Positions 1-11,693 of a DNA stretch of 24,000 nucleotides are shown piece after piece; position 1 is the stretch's first letter, and each line of letters starts with the position of its first letter. Under the pieces are notes generated by a model. That model was not told the DNA's origin. It saw only the letters and a program-made list of their open reading frames with translations, and ran no database searches. The DNA comes from an uncultured Methanobacteriaceae archaeon (GTDB lineage: Archaea > Methanobacteriota > Methanobacteria > Methanobacteriales > Methanobacteriaceae): contig CAWFVD010000004.1 in assembly GCA_963819205.1 (NCBI GenBank), forward strand, positions 313,736-337,735, given 5' to 3'. A program made the position numbers and the translations under genes.

Positions 1-258
1 TTAAACAATCTTAAAGCGCCTGTATTCATTGAAAGAGCATCACTTTCAGACCCATCACATATTAGAAAAGCTAAAAGAGCAGTTAAAAAAGCTCTTGAAA
101 TACAGCGCGATGGTAAAGGATATGCATTTGTGGAATTATTATCACCATGTCCAACCAATTTAAGACAGGATGCTGAAAGTGCTGAAAAGTTTTTAAATGA
201 ACAGATGGAAGTTGAATTTCCACTAGCAAATTTCAGGGACAGAATCATCCGAAGTTGA
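1..258 (+). CDS. korB: 2-oxoacid:ferredoxin oxidoreductase beta (TPP-binding) subunit, C-terminal fragment with its 5' end outside the window; probably the 2-oxoglutarate type
   Basis: Frame 1 is open from base 1 to TGA 256-258. The translation ...[47 protein letters not shown] looks like the conserved C-terminal end of OFOR beta subunits. A gamma subunit follows directly, which is the beta-gamma order of korDABC/oorDABC-type operons. The substrate assignment rests on gene order only. Confidence 0.7.
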   Translation, partial: LNNLKAPVFIERASLSDPSHIRKAKRAVKKALEIQRDGKGYAFVELLSPCPTNLRQDAESAEKFLNEQMEVEFPLANFRDRIIRS

Positions 259-334
259 ACCTCTATGTCGGGGTAAAAGTGATTTCTCAAAGGAGTCTCT
301 CGACAAGGTGTTTGAAGTTGAAGTTGATAGTGCA

Positions 335-911
335 ATGGAAGCACTTGACGATCCAAATTTTGGTACCAAGGTGATTAAGATATCTGGATTTGGAGGTCAG
401 GGTGTTCTAAGTATGGGACTTATAATAGCCCAAGCAGCATGCAAGGCTCGACGTCATGTTTCATGGTACCCGTCTTACGGACCAGAACAGCGTGGAGGGA
501 CTTCAAACTGTACTGTAGTAATATCAGGGGAAATGATAGGATCTCCTGTTGTACACAGGCCAGACATTCTTGTGGCACTAAACAAACCTTCCCTCGAAGA
601 ATTTGCCGGGAGAGTTAAAAATGAGGGTATAATCCTTTATGATTCTGAAATTGGGGAATTTGAAGCACCTGAAAGGCGTTAAAATATTAAAGGTTCCGGC
701 TTTGAAAATTGCCAAGGAACATGGTGTAGGGAAAGCGGCAAATACAGCAATGTTAGGTGTACTAATGGCAATCTCAACAGAACTCTCAGAGGAAGTTTTC
801 GAGGATGCTGTTAAACAGGCATTTGCAAAAAAACCTAAAATGGTTTCTATCAACCTTGATATACTTAAATCTGGTTTAAAATGGGCTAAAAAAAATATAA
901 ACAACGATTAA
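335..911 (+). pseudogene. korC: 2-oxoacid:ferredoxin oxidoreductase gamma subunit (KorC-like), reading frame broken once
   Basis: ORF-track pieces 308..682 and 639..911 together make one ~191-aa gamma subunit: ...[18 protein letters not shown] (GxGGQG motif) ... [11 protein letters not shown] | [29 protein letters not shown]. The phases differ by +1. Removing one A from AAA 672-674 restores a continuous frame. I take ATG 335 as the start; GTG 308 is the alternative. Confidence 0.8.
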
Positions 912-927
912 TTAAAATTTTAACCAA

Positions 928-938
928 TTTTTTTCTTT
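928..938 (+). terminator. oligo-T tract downstream of korC (archaeal-type intrinsic terminator candidate)
   Basis: T7 run at 928-934, then CTTT, 17 nt after the korC stop (909-911). It is followed by a ~270-nt AT-rich spacer before the next gene. Confidence 0.35.
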
Positions 939-1155
939 ATTTCAATTTCTTTATAATTTAAAAATTATTAAAATAACTTTTTTTGAAATATATTGAATAA
1001 ATTTCTTTTCAGATAATTTGTAGATGATAATCATTCTAAAAAAAAGTTTTAACAAATTTATTTCTAAACTAAAAAAATATTAAAGCCATTAATTGTTTTT
1101 AAACGAGTTAAATCTCTTTAATTTGGTTTTAAAACAAAGTTTAAGTAAAACGAAC

Positions 1156-1169
1156 AATAAAATATATAC
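1156..1169 (+). promoter_or_regulatory. TATA-box-like element upstream of the two-subunit OFOR genes
   Basis: AATAAAATATATAC lies ~45 nt upstream of ATG 1210. A transcript starting ~25 nt downstream would carry the AAGGAGGT Shine-Dalgarno at 1197-1204. Position and composition only. Confidence 0.3.
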
Positions 1170-1209
1170 AAGAAAAGAGGTTTTTTTGATTATTTTAAGG
1201 AGGTTTGAA

Positions 1210-2932
1210 ATGTCAATTGATTCATCAAGTAAGGACATCAGCATAGTTCTTTGTGGAGAAGCTGGTCAGGGTATCCAAACTGTTGAAACGATACTTGTTA
1301 AAGCCATAAAGAAAAGTGGATATAATGTTTTTTCAACCAAGGAATATATGTCTAGAGTTAGAGGTGGTGAAAACTCTACTGAAATAAGGGTATCATCAAA
1401 GAGGGTGTTTTCATACGTTGATAGAATTGATATACTTCTTGCCTTGAGCGAAGGTGCTGTCCCACATCTGGAAAATCGTATAACCTCCAACACACTCATA
1501 ATGGGCGATGAAAAACATTTGAAAATCTTTTCTAAAGATAAATATGACTTGCTCAGTGTAAAGCTTCTTGAAATGGCCATTGAAATGGGAGGAGCCATAT
1601 TTTCTAATGTTATAGCGGCAGGTATTATTTCTTGCATTCTAAATGTGCCTAAATCAGTATTTGAAAGTTGTATCCAGGAAATTTTCTCACGTAAAGGTGA
1701 AGAAATAGTTAAAAAGGATACAAATGCAGGTATGAAAGGTTATGAAATAGGAAAAGAACTGGTTGATTCTGGCAGAATAAACGTCAAGATAGAAAAAAAT
1801 TCACAAGTCCTTGATGAGATACTCTTAGACGGAACAGAAGCTGTTGGATTAGGTTGTATTGCTGGTGGCTGTAAATTCATGTCATCATATCCTATGACAC
1901 CTTCCACACCATTACAAGTTTTCATGGCTGCTAATTCTGAGAAATTTGGCATGATATTTGAACAGGCCGAAGACGAGATAGCAGCAATCAACATGGCAAT
2001 AGGGGGATTTTATGCCGGGGCACGTTCAATGGTCGCAACATCAGGCAGTGGATTTGCACTTATGGAGGAAGCTGTAGGTCTTTCAGGTATGATAGAAACA
2101 CCTGTAGTAATTTACATCGGTCAAAGACCAGGGCCTGCAGTTGGACTGCCAACAAGAACTTCACAGGAAGACCTCAATTTGGCTCTTTATTCGGGTCCTG
2201 GAGAGTTTCCCAGGATTATTTTCGCACCGGGGAATTTTGAAGATGCATTTTACCTTTCTCAGAAAGCATTTAACCTAGCTGATCACTATCAAACCCCTGT
2301 TTTCATACTCTCAGATCAGTACTTTGCAGATGTTTTTTATAATCAACCAAATTTTGATCTGGAGGGTCTTGAAGTTGAAAACCATATAGTGAAGACCAAT
2401 CCCGATTATAAAAGGTATGAGATTACAGCCAATGGAATATCCCCTCGCGGAATTCCTGGGTTTGGAGAGGGACTGGTGGTGGTTGATTCTGATGAACACG
2501 ATGAAAAGGGACATTTAACTGAAGACCTTGACATTAGAATTAAAATGGTTGATAAACGCCTTAGAAAGTTAAAAGAAATTGAAAAGGAAACCATATCACC
2601 CGAACTATTGGGCAGTGAAGAATATAAAACATTGGTAATTGGATGGGGATCAACTTACGGCCCAATTAAGGAAGCATTGGAAAATCTAAAGAATGATAGT
2701 ATCGGCTTTTTATATTTTAAACAACTCTATCCGCTACACCAATTCAACAAAAAACTTTCTAACTAATGCTGAAAAGACTATAATATTCGAAAATAATGCA
2801 CAAGGACAATTTTCAGATCTAATCAAACTTAAAACCGGATTTGAAATCGATAAAAAAGTATTGAAATATAATGGCATGCCTTTTTCAGTTGAAGAAGTTG
2901 AAAAGAATCTCAAAGAATTTACGGAGGGATAA
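1210..2932 (+). pseudogene. 2-oxoacid:ferredoxin (acceptor) oxidoreductase alpha subunit with fused N-terminal gamma domain (two-subunit OFOR type), one frame break near the 3' end
   Basis: SD AAGGAGGT at 1197-1204 precedes ATG 1210; the TTG-1093 extension in the ORF track is AT-rich leader. The gamma-like N-domain reads [15 protein letters not shown]...[14 protein letters not shown]. The alpha domain reads [27 protein letters not shown] and [16 protein letters not shown]. Pieces 1093..2766 and 2693..2932 differ by +1. The break maps to the A6 run 2749-2754; A5 would read ...[28 protein letters not shown]. Confidence 0.85.
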
Positions 2933-2935
2933 AAA

Positions 2936-3757
2936 ATGGATCCTAAAGTATTTGATGTGGAAGGAGCAGACATAGCATGGTGTCCTGGATGTGGAGATTA
3001 TTCTATACTTAAAACAGTCAAGGAAACATTATCTGAGATGGAAATTAATCCTCAGGAACTGGTTTTTGTGTCAGGAATAGGACAAGCTGGTAAATTACCC
3101 CATTATCTCAAAGCCAATGTTTTTAACGGGCTTCACGGCAGATCATTACCTGCATCAACCGCAATAAAGGCAGTAAATCCCGAGCTCATTGTTATCAATG
3201 TGAGTGGTGATGGGTGTACTTATGGTGAGGGAGGAAACCATTTCATACATAACATCCGGAGGAACCCTGATATCACAAATATTGTTCACAATAATATGGT
3301 TTACGGATTGACCAAGGGACAGGCTTCTCCAACAAGTCAAAGGGATTATAATACACCATTACAGATTAATGGGGTGACATTAGAACCATTTAATCCATTA
3401 GCCATTGCAATAGCTCTAAATGCATCATTCGTTGCAAGAGCATTTAGTGGGGATATTAAAGAAACAAAAGAAATCCTAAAAAAAGCTATAAAACATAAAG
3501 GATATGCGTTAATCGATATATTCCAACCTTGTGTGACTTTCAACAAAGTTAATACATTCCAGTGGTTTAAAAACAATACTTATTACCTTGATGAATCTCA
3601 TGATCCATATAATAGAAATGAAGCATTTAAACGTGCTACAGAATCGGATAAGTATCCATTGGGAATATTTTACAAGAATTCAGATAATATAACATTTGAA
3701 GAAGGTTTAACTGCATACAAAACAGATAAATCTCCACTTGTACCAGAGAGATCTTGA
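2936..3757 (+). CDS. 2-oxoacid:ferredoxin oxidoreductase beta (TPP-binding) subunit of the two-subunit OFOR
   Basis: ATG 2936 lies 3 nt after the alpha stop and is preceded by GGAGGG. Motifs seen: [18 protein letters not shown], and [22 protein letters not shown] (GDG...N thiamine-diphosphate motif). 273 aa as given. The C-terminus may continue in another frame to 3797 (see findings). Confidence 0.85.
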   Translation: MDPKVFDVEGADIAWCPGCGDYSILKTVKETLSEMEINPQELVFVSGIGQAGKLPHYLKANVFNGLHGRSLPASTAIKAVNPELIVINVSGDGCTYGEGGNHFIHNIRRNPDITNIVHNNMVYGLTKGQASPTSQRDYNTPLQINGVTLEPFNPLAIAIALNASFVARAFSGDIKETKEILKKAIKHKGYALIDIFQPCVTFNKVNTFQWFKNNTYYLDESHDPYNRNEAFKRATESDKYPLGIFYKNSDNITFEEGLTAYKTDKSPLVPERS

Positions 3758-3884
3758 TATGGCTAAGTTGAAGAAATTAATAGATACAAAGAAATGATTA
3801 AAAGTAATATATATGTAGATTCATATATAATTGGGAATATATATTACATTAAATGTTATTTTAACAATTAATTTAAGTGATTAA

Positions 3885-4665
3885 ATGGGAAAAATAAGAA
3901 TTTTATCTTGGAATGTAAATGGAATCCGGGCTGTCATAAAAAGGGGTTTCTAGAATGGTTTAATAATGAAAAACCTGATATTCTCTGTATTCAAGAAACT
4001 AAAGCTACTAGAAAACAGTTTCCAAAAGATTTAAGAGATGTTGATGGATACAAATTGTACATTTCAGAAGCATCAAAAAAAGGATATAGTGGAACAGCCA
4101 CTTACACACGAACAGAACCCTTGAAAGTGGATTATGGATTTGGGATTGAAAAATTCGATCGGGAAGGGAGAATTATAATTACAGATTATGGGGAATTTGT
4201 ATTATTCAATATCTATTTCCCAAACGGTAAAATGTCTCCTGAAAGATTAAAGTATAAATTGGATTTCTATGATACATTTCTTGAATATGCTGATAAATTG
4301 AAAGAAACAAGGAAGGAATATAATTGTTTGTGGAGATGTGAATACAGCCCATAAAGAAATAGATCTCGCCCATCCCAAGGAAAACTCTAAGATTTCGGGA
4401 TTTTTACCCGTAGAAAGGGCATGGATGGATAAATTTTTCAGCCACGGATACACAGATACTTTCAGGGAGTTTAACAAGGAACCTGAACAATACACATGGT
4501 GGAGTTATCGTACCAGGGCCAGAGAAAGGAATGTTGGTTGGAGATTGGATTACTTCTTTGTGAACACGGAATTCATGGAGAGAATTGAGTCTTCATATAT
4601 TCTATATGATATAACTGGGCTCAGACCATTGTCCAGTAGGAATTGACATAAAGATAAAGGATTAG
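3885..4665 (+). pseudogene. xth: exodeoxyribonuclease III family AP endonuclease (Mth212-like), three frame breaks
   Basis: Pieced reading: [19 protein letters not shown] | [22 protein letters not shown]...ADKLKET | [42 protein letters not shown]...YILYDITG | [14 protein letters not shown]. This carries the ExoIII hallmarks SWNVNG, QETK, GDxNxAH and SDHCP. The breaks are at A5G4 3938-3946 (-1), 4309-4310 (+1) and GGG 4617-4619 (+1). Length 781 nt is 260 codons plus 1 net extra base. Confidence 0.85.
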
Positions 4666-4705
4666 AGATAATAAATCTTACTTTAAGTTGTTATCTCAAT
4701 TTTTT
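4665..4705 (+). terminator. stem-loop plus T-tract right after xth
   Basis: GAGATAATAA (4665-4674) pairs with TTGTTATCTC (4688-4697): 10 bp with 1 mismatch and a 13-nt loop. It is followed by AATTTTTT (T run 4700-4705). More T-rich tracts follow at ~4753-4776. Confidence 0.45.
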
Positions 4706-4918
4706 AATTGATTAATTTTTCAAATTAATATTAGTAATACAATGAATTTCTATTTTGTTTTTTCAGTTTTTTTATTAAAATTAAATTCAAAGGTTAAAGT
4801 TTTAATGAGATGTAATACTAAGATAAACCACCAAATATTATGTAGCTTTTTTGTTAAGCATTAAAGTTAGCTTATAAAAAAAATTAGAATTGATTGAATT
4901 AACATTAGAGGGAAGACC

Positions 4919-6233
4919 ATGGCTTATAAAGGATCTTCAAGGAAATTTTTGGATGCATCAGGCATATCTATTGGAGACATAATCAAAATAACAAAAAACG
5001 GGACTTCTTATCAGGGTATTCTACTTGACAGGGCCGAAGATCCCGATGATAAACATATTAGTTTTAAAACTTGATAGCGGTTACAATGTTGGAATTGATA
5101 TAGAAAATGCTGTTGGAGAACTTATAAAGAAGGGTGATAAACCCAAAATAGAACTTAAACCTCTTGAAATAGAAAAAGATGCTGAAAAACTCGACATATC
5201 AATAATATCCACTGGAGGTACTGTTGCATCTATAGTTGATTACAAGACCGGGGCTGTTCATCCTGCATTCACTGCTGATGATCTTGTACGTGCAAACCCC
5301 GAACTCCTTGGCCACGCTAACATTAATGGTAAAGCAATTCTCAACATTCTCAGCGAAAATATGAAACCAGATTACTGGATAAAGACTGCACGATCAATAG
5401 CCGATGAAATAAATGAAGGTGTTGATGGAGTTGTTGTTGCTCATGGAACAGACACCATGCACTACACATCAGCTGCACTTAATTTCATGTTAGATTCTCC
5501 AGTTCCAGTAGTTGTTACAGGTGCTCAGAGAAGTTCTGACAGACCATCTTCTGATGCTTTCATGAATCTTATAAGCTCTGTTGTAGCTGCAAAATCTGAT
5601 ATTGCCGAAGTAACTGTTTGTATGCATTCGGAAGAAGATGACTCCTACTGTTATCTTCATCGAGGCACAAAGGTACGGAAAATGCACACATCAAGGAGAG
5701 ATACTTTCAGAAGCATAAATGCATTGCCAATTGCCAAGATAGAAAAAGGCATCTTAAAACTAACTGATAAAGCTGTAGAGTATAAAAAACGGAGTAATAA
5801 AAGTGTAAAACTTTACGATGAGCTTGAAGAGAAAGTAGCATTTATAAAAAGTTACCCTGGAATTGAGGCGGATATTATAGATTATCACATTGACAAGGGA
5901 TACAAAGGAATGGTGCTTGAGGGAACTGGACTCGGGCATTGCCCTGAAAACTTACTTCCATCTCTTGAAAGAGCAAATGATGAGGGTGTTCCCATTATAA
6001 TGACCTCTCAATGTTTATATGGGTTGGTAAATATGAATGTGTACAGTACTGGTAGAAAGATAATATCTGCAGGAGTTATATCAGCCACAGACATGTTGCC
6101 TGAAACAGCTTATGTAAAACTGGTTTGGGCACTTGGACAGACAGACAACATAAACGAAGTTAAAAAGATCATACAGACCAACATAGCAGGAGAGATAGGT
6201 GAGAAGTCATCTGAAAAATTCTTTTTAAATTAA
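4919..6233 (+). pseudogene. gatD: Glu-tRNA(Gln) amidotransferase subunit D (asparaginase-like), one frame break near the 5' end
   Basis: ATG 4919 after GAGGGAAG. The N-terminal piece reads [47 protein letters not shown]. It joins ORF 5025..6233 at [17 protein letters not shown]..., which carries [14 protein letters not shown] and [13 protein letters not shown] (asparaginase-type motifs). The phases differ by +1; dropping one T at 5058-5059 gives [14 protein letters not shown]. 1315 nt is 438 codons plus 1. Confidence 0.9.
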
Positions 6234-6270
6234 CAATTAATTTATAATGAGTTTATTAAGGGGGATCTTT

Positions 6271-8168
6271 ATGGATTACGAGAAATTAGGTTTAAAAATG
6301 GGTCTTGAGATTCATCAACAGCTTAATACAGACAGAAAATTATTTTGTCCATGTAAATGTGAATTAACTGATAAAAAACCAGATTATATGCTCTTAAGGT
6401 ATCTGAGACCTACTCAAAGTGAGCTCGGTAAGATTGACAGAGCAGCTTTTGAAGAATCTAGAAGGAAGTTGAAGTTTATCTATGAATCCTATGATCATGA
6501 AACATGTCTTGTTGAGTCTGATGATGAGCCTCCACATCCATTGAATTTAGAAGCGCTTGAAATAGCTCTAGTAATAGCATCACTTCTTAAAATGAATATA
6601 GTTGATGAATTCCATACCATGAGAAAACAGGTTATTGATGGAAGTAATACAGGAGGTTTTCAGCGCACAGGGCTTGTTGCAACAGATGGGTGGTTAGAAA
6701 CAGAATATGGAAAAGTTGTTATAGAAAATCTCTGCCTAGAAGAAGATGCAGCGAGGAGAATGGGTCAAAAAAAGGGTAAAGTTGTTTTCAGATTGGACAG
6801 ACTTGGAATTCCTCTTTTAGAGGTAACTACAGATCCCTCAATGAAGCATCCTGAACAGGTTAAAGAAGTAGCATACCAACTGGGACAGGTTCTAAGAAGT
6901 ACGAAGGTAAAACGTGGATTAGGTACAATTCGTCAGGATCTGAATATTTCTATTACTGATGGTTCACGTGTAGAGATAAAAGGTGTTCAAGATTTAGATC
7001 TTATGCCTAAAATGGTTGAAAATGAGGTTAAAAGGCAGGTTAATCTTATTCAGATAATGAAAGAACTTCAAAGAAGATGTGCAACCGTTGATAATGATAT
7101 ACATGATCTAAACCATATTTTTGAAAAAACAGAGTCTAAGATAATAAAGAACGCAATTTTAAATGGTGGAAATGTTTTTGCAATCAAACTCAGTGGATTT
7201 AAAGGATTAATTGGTAAAGAAATACAACCTGGGAGAAGATTTGGAACAGAACTAGCAGCTTATGCCAAGAAGATGGGAGTAAATGGAATATTTCATACTG
7301 ATGAACTTCCAGCATATGGAATTACATATGAAGAAGTTGAAGAAGTTTCAAAACGTCTTAAATTATCTAAAAACGATGCTTTTATACTTGTTGCAGATAA
7401 AGAGGAGAAGGCAAGAAATGCAATTACAGAAGTCCAGAGACGAGCAAAAACAGCTATTGTGTCGATTCCCGAAGAAACACGTAAGGCATTGGAAGATGCA
7501 AATAGTGAATATCTCAGACCACTGCCAACAGCTAGCCGTATGTACGTAGAAACAGATATACCAACTACGATAATAACTAAGGACCAAATTGAGGACATCA
7601 TGGCGAATCTACCCGAACTTCCAGTAGAGAAAAAGCTCAGAATTATTGAACAATACAATTTGAGTGAGGATATGGCTTCACAACTGGTAAGGTTAGAGAA
7701 GGTGGAAGATTTTGAAGATATTATGTCTTCTTCTAAAGATCGACCCAACAACTGTTGGATCAATACTTGCATATACATCTTAAAGAACTCAGAAGAGAGG
7801 GACATGATGTTTCGAAACTTGATACAGATGTGTTCATAGAAACATTTGCACTAGTTGAGGATGGAAAAATAGTTAAAGAAGCGATTTCTGATGTTTTGAT
7901 AGGCGTAATACTAGAGAATGCTTCTCCAGAGAAAATTGCAAGAAAACTTAACCTTATAATGCTCTCAGAAAAGGAGATTGAAGATATAATAGATGATTTA
8001 GTCGCAGAAAATATTAAAATCATTGAAGAACGTGGAATGGGTGCAATGGGTGCTTTAATGGGCAAATCCATGCAGAAACTTCAGGGCAAAGCAGATGGAA
8101 AACTTGTGAATAAATTTTTGAGAGAGAAAATACAGAATATAAGTAAAGAAGGTATGCAGGATAAGTAA
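6271..8168 (+). pseudogene. gatE: Glu-tRNA(Gln) amidotransferase subunit E, two frame breaks near the 3' third
   Basis: ATG 6271 (AGGGGGA upstream) gives [20 protein letters not shown], the canonical GatE N-terminus; ATG 6247 is rejected. The body is ORF 6247..7839. Then three phases are used: ...[11 protein letters not shown] | [14 protein letters not shown] | [23 protein letters not shown]... to stop 8168. The breaks are at AAA 7735-7737 (+1) and ~7778-7781 (+1). 1898 nt is 632 codons plus 2. Confidence 0.9.
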
Positions 8169-8235
8169 ATAGTTGGAACTTATTTAGATATATATTCTAA
8201 TAGGTAATTAGTTAAAATACTCTCAGGTGGTTTTA

Positions 8236-9154
8236 ATGGAAGAATATGATATTGTAATCGTTGGGGCAGGACCTGCCGGCCTTACAGCAGGCATATATGC
8301 TGGTAGAGAGGGATTAAAATCATTAATAATTGAGAAAAATGTTAGGGGTGGAAATGCCAATACTGCACCTGTAATTTTAAATTATCCTGGCTTTAAATCA
8401 ATTTCTGGTTTAGAGTTGTTGAAGAAAATGGGTGAACAGGCAGAAAAATATATTGAAATCAGAGAGGACGAGGAATTATTAGATGTTCAAAAAACAGATA
8501 ATAGATTTCTTTTAACCACAAATAATTCTAAATACTCTGCAAAGGCCATAATATTCTGTTCAGGTACAACTTATCGTAAACTAGGAGTTAAAGGTGAAGA
8601 GGAATTCATTGGAAAAGGTATATCTTACTGCTCCATTTGTGATGGAATGTTATTCAAGGACAGGGATGTAGTTGTGGTTGGAGGAGGAAACTCAGCAGCA
8701 GAACATGCTCTACACCTTCACGATATAGGTGTGAATGTGACGATCATCCACAGAAGGGATGAATTAAGAGCTCAAGAATATCTTGAAAGATAAACTAATG
8801 GAGAAAGGCATACCAATCTTATGGAATACTGTTTTAACTGAAATAAAGGGAGATATGTTTTTAAAGAGTATTGATATCCACAACAAAGAAACTGGGAAAG
8901 ATAAAGAACTCAAGGTTAATGGTATTTTTATAGCTGTTGGAGAGGTCCCTAACAGTAGAATTGCCAATAATTTAGGGGTTGAAATTAATTCTAATAAATA
9001 TATAGTTACAGATAAAAACCAGAAAACAAAAATAGATGGGGTTTATGCAGCTGGTGATGTAACAGGTGGTGTTAATCAGCTGGTGGTATCATGTGGAGAG
9101 GGTGCTGCTGCAGCTGTTAATGCTTATACATATGTAAAAATGGTGGAAGATTAA
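8236..9154 (+). pseudogene. trxB: thioredoxin-disulfide reductase (low-Mr TrxR family), one frame break
   Basis: AGGTGG at 8226-8231, then ATG 8236. Motifs: [15 protein letters not shown] (FAD GxGxxG), redox CSIC in ISYCSICDG, and [10 protein letters not shown] plus HRRDELRA (NADPH-type motifs retained). Pieces 8227..8793 and 8783..9154 differ by +1; dropping one base at 8773-8776 gives [21 protein letters not shown]. The C-terminal part contains AAGDVTGG. Confidence 0.85.
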
Positions 9155-9181
9155 GAATTTAACTGGTTGAATATCATTCTA

Positions 9182-9190
9182 TTTTTTTTT
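9182..9190 (+). terminator. T9 tract downstream of trxB
   Basis: Nine consecutive T residues 28 nt after the trxB stop (9152-9154). The next gene starts at 9232. Confidence 0.4.
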
Positions 9191-9231
9191 AAAATTAAAA
9201 ATATAACCACAACTTAATTACAGAGGAAACA

Positions 9232-10081
9232 ATGGTAGATATTAGATTTGGACCTGCAGGAAGGCCTATAAATTATTCTGGGACTGCTAAAAATGCATGT
9301 AGTTATATAAGAGCTGAAGGACTTGAAGCCTATGAGTATCAGGCCACATATGGAGTTAAAATTTCACAAACATCTGCATCGGAACTTAAAAAGAATTCTG
9401 AAGATGAGGATGTTTTAGTTTCAATGCATGCACCATATTATATTAATCTTTCATCAAACAAAGAGGATGTTGTTGAAAGATCGATACAAGAGGTTGGTTC
9501 AGTCTGCAAAGGCTTCAGAATGGATGGGAGCTTACAGAACAGTTTTTCACCCGGGATTTTATACTACCTACACCTCGGAAGAGGCAATGAAACGTTGCAA
9601 GAATGCTATAAAGCAGATCTTAGATGAACTTGATGTTTTAGGTGTCAAAGATTTCATGTTTGCTCCTGAAACAACGGGAAAAAAGTCTCAACTTGGTAAT
9701 TTAGACGAAATTATAGAAATTTGTAGGTCTTTTGATCATTTTGAACCTACAGTGGATTTTGCACATGTTTATGCAAGATCTGGAGGCAAAATAAATAACA
9801 GGAAAGATTATGGTCAAATTTTAAAGAAACTTGAGAATGAATTGGGAATAAAATCTCTTCATTCTCATTTCACACATATAGAATACACCCATGCAGGAGA
9901 AAGGAAGCATCATATACTTTCAGATGATAATTATGGCCCTCCATTAATACCATTTATAGAGGAGATTGTTGAATGTGGTTGGAATATTACAGTAATCTGT
10001 GAAAGCCCACTAATTGACCAAGATGCTTTGGTAATGAAAAAAATGTATGAAAAAGTTTTAGCTGAAAAAAAAATGATATAA
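9232..10081 (+). pseudogene. endonuclease IV-like / xylose-isomerase-fold TIM-barrel protein (AP endonuclease 2 family), one frame break
   Basis: GAGG, then ATG 9232. The joined reading is ...[26 protein letters not shown] | [24 protein letters not shown]...[13 protein letters not shown]...VDFAHVYA...[20 protein letters not shown]. The spacing HAxYxINL / HPG / E / DxxH / H...H...E is that of the metal ligands in EndoIV-type barrels. Pieces 9232..9627 and 9428..10081 differ by +1, with the break at ~9487-9490. Confidence 0.65.
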
Positions 10082-10296
10082 ATTAAATATTTAATATTTA
10101 CTTGAATGATTAATTAAATACAAAATTTTCCCTATGTTTTAAATGATCCAAAACTTTTTTATCATTGCATTATACAATATATTCATATAGTATTGGTTCT
10201 AAAACTATAGCAAATCTAAAGAAAATAATAAAATTAACAACATTTACTTAATTTCAAAATAAATAATTACAAATATAAAAAACGGTAGGTATCCTA

Positions 10297-11418
10297 GTGA
10301 AACTGAATAATATAACTTCTGATCCAATTTTATCAGACAAAAAAACTTCAAAAAATTTAAATGAACCTAATAAAGAAGCTAAACTGGTAGTACTCCAGTC
10401 AATTGGCTATCCATTTTTATGTAACCTTGTTGAAAACCCTAAAATAGAGATATTTGATAAAGAACTTTTTGAACTCTATGCCAAAGAACAGTGGGAAGGT
10501 TGTGTGGTTGATGAGGGTTCATTCCTTTTTGACCAAAAATTACTCCCTGATTATGCTTTTAAAATAGTAAAGGCCCATCCAGACAATTCTAAGATAACAA
10601 ATAAGACTTCAATCCTTCTCATAGAGGTTCAAGACTCTCGTGAGATTAAGAAGATTGAAAGTAACATCAGTATGGAGGATGTTATTGGTCAGGAACGTGC
10701 TAAGACTAAATGCAAGATAATAATGAAATATTTAAAGGAACCTGATAAATTCAAAGAATGGGCACCTAAAAATGTTCTATTTTATGGTACACCTGGAACA
10801 GGTAAGACAATGCTTGCAAAATCACTTTCAAATGAGTTAAAAGTTCCATTATTCCTTGTGAAGGCAACTAGTCTTATAGGAGAGCATGTTGGGGACGGTG
10901 CAAGGCAGATTCATGAACTTTTTGAAATGGCATCAGCAAGTTCACCTTCTGTTATATTCATTGATGAAATGGATGCCGTTGGTCTTGATAGGAAATATCA
11001 GTCCCTTAGAGGAGATGTTTCAGAGGTAGTAAATGCTTTATTAACTGAAATGGACGGTATAGATTATCATAAGGGTGTTGTAACCATAGGGGCAACTAAT
11101 AATCCTCATTTACTTGATTTTGCTATAAGGAGTAGATTTGAAGAGGAGATAGAGTTCACACTTCCAGATGAAAAGGAACGTCTGGCTATTCTAGATCTTT
11201 ACACAGGAACAATGCCAATTGAAGTAGATCTGGACTTGGATAAACTTGTAAAATCCACAAAAGGAATGTCAGGAAGGGATATTAAGGACAGGATTTTGAA
11301 AGTGGCTCTTCACAAGGCAATATATGAAGATGCAGATATTATTACATGGGAACATGTCAGATATGCTCTTAAACAACATAAAACTAAACAGAATGAACCT
11401 AAAGGAATGTTTGCATAA
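10297..11418 (+). CDS. AAA+ ATPase (classic AAA clade, single ATPase domain with ~130-aa N-terminal domain)
   Basis: 373-aa intact ORF. GTG start at 10297, 8 nt after GGTAGGT; there is no in-frame ATG until residue ~126. Walker A is [12 protein letters not shown], Walker B is VIFIDEMD, and the second region of homology is [29 protein letters not shown] is typical of CDC48/proteasome-ATPase relatives. Confidence 0.8.
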   Translation: MKLNNITSDPILSDKKTSKNLNEPNKEAKLVVLQSIGYPFLCNLVENPKIEIFDKELFELYAKEQWEGCVVDEGSFLFDQKLLPDYAFKIVKAHPDNSKITNKTSILLIEVQDSREIKKIESNISMEDVIGQERAKTKCKIIMKYLKEPDKFKEWAPKNVLFYGTPGTGKTMLAKSLSNELKVPLFLVKATSLIGEHVGDGARQIHELFEMASASSPSVIFIDEMDAVGLDRKYQSLRGDVSEVVNALLTEMDGIDYHKGVVTIGATNNPHLLDFAIRSRFEEEIEFTLPDEKERLAILDLYTGTMPIEVDLDLDKLVKSTKGMSGRDIKDRILKVALHKAIYEDADIITWEHVRYALKQHKTKQNEPKGMFA

Positions 11419-11693
11419 TTCAGGATATTATTCCATTATTTTTTATTATTTATTAATTTATTACCAATAGGTTTCAATTATCTAGAATTACTTATTAATC
11501 TCAAGATGATTTATTTAATGTTACTTATAATACTCTAAAGTTTTAAATTCATTTATAATAATTATGTAATACTATTACGAACATTTTTAGATAATATAGA
11601 AATTTAAGAAATGGGAGATGAATTAGAATAAGATTATTAAGGTCATATTTATATTTCATTAAAAAAAAGTTAGATATAAGGATAGATGAAAAT

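Noticed and set aside
227-334. The korC phase is already open from 227, overlapping the korB stop (..[30 protein letters not shown]..). This raises the idea of another frameshift fusing or extending korB.
   Set aside because: I recognise no conserved motif in that stretch. korB ends plausibly at 258, and korC has usable starts at 308 and 335. I cannot distinguish the options without an alignment.
1093-1209. The 39-codon N-terminal extension of the OFOR alpha ORF, starting at TTG 1093.
   Set aside because: The extension is AT-rich leader and promoter sequence. A strong AAGGAGGT sits 5 nt before ATG 1210, and the conserved domain begins right after that ATG.
6247-6270. ATG 6247 as the gatE start (MSLLRGIF...).
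   Set aside because: ATG 6271 gives the canonical GatE N-terminus [17 protein letters not shown] and is preceded by AGGGGGA. The 8 extra codons overlap that RBS.
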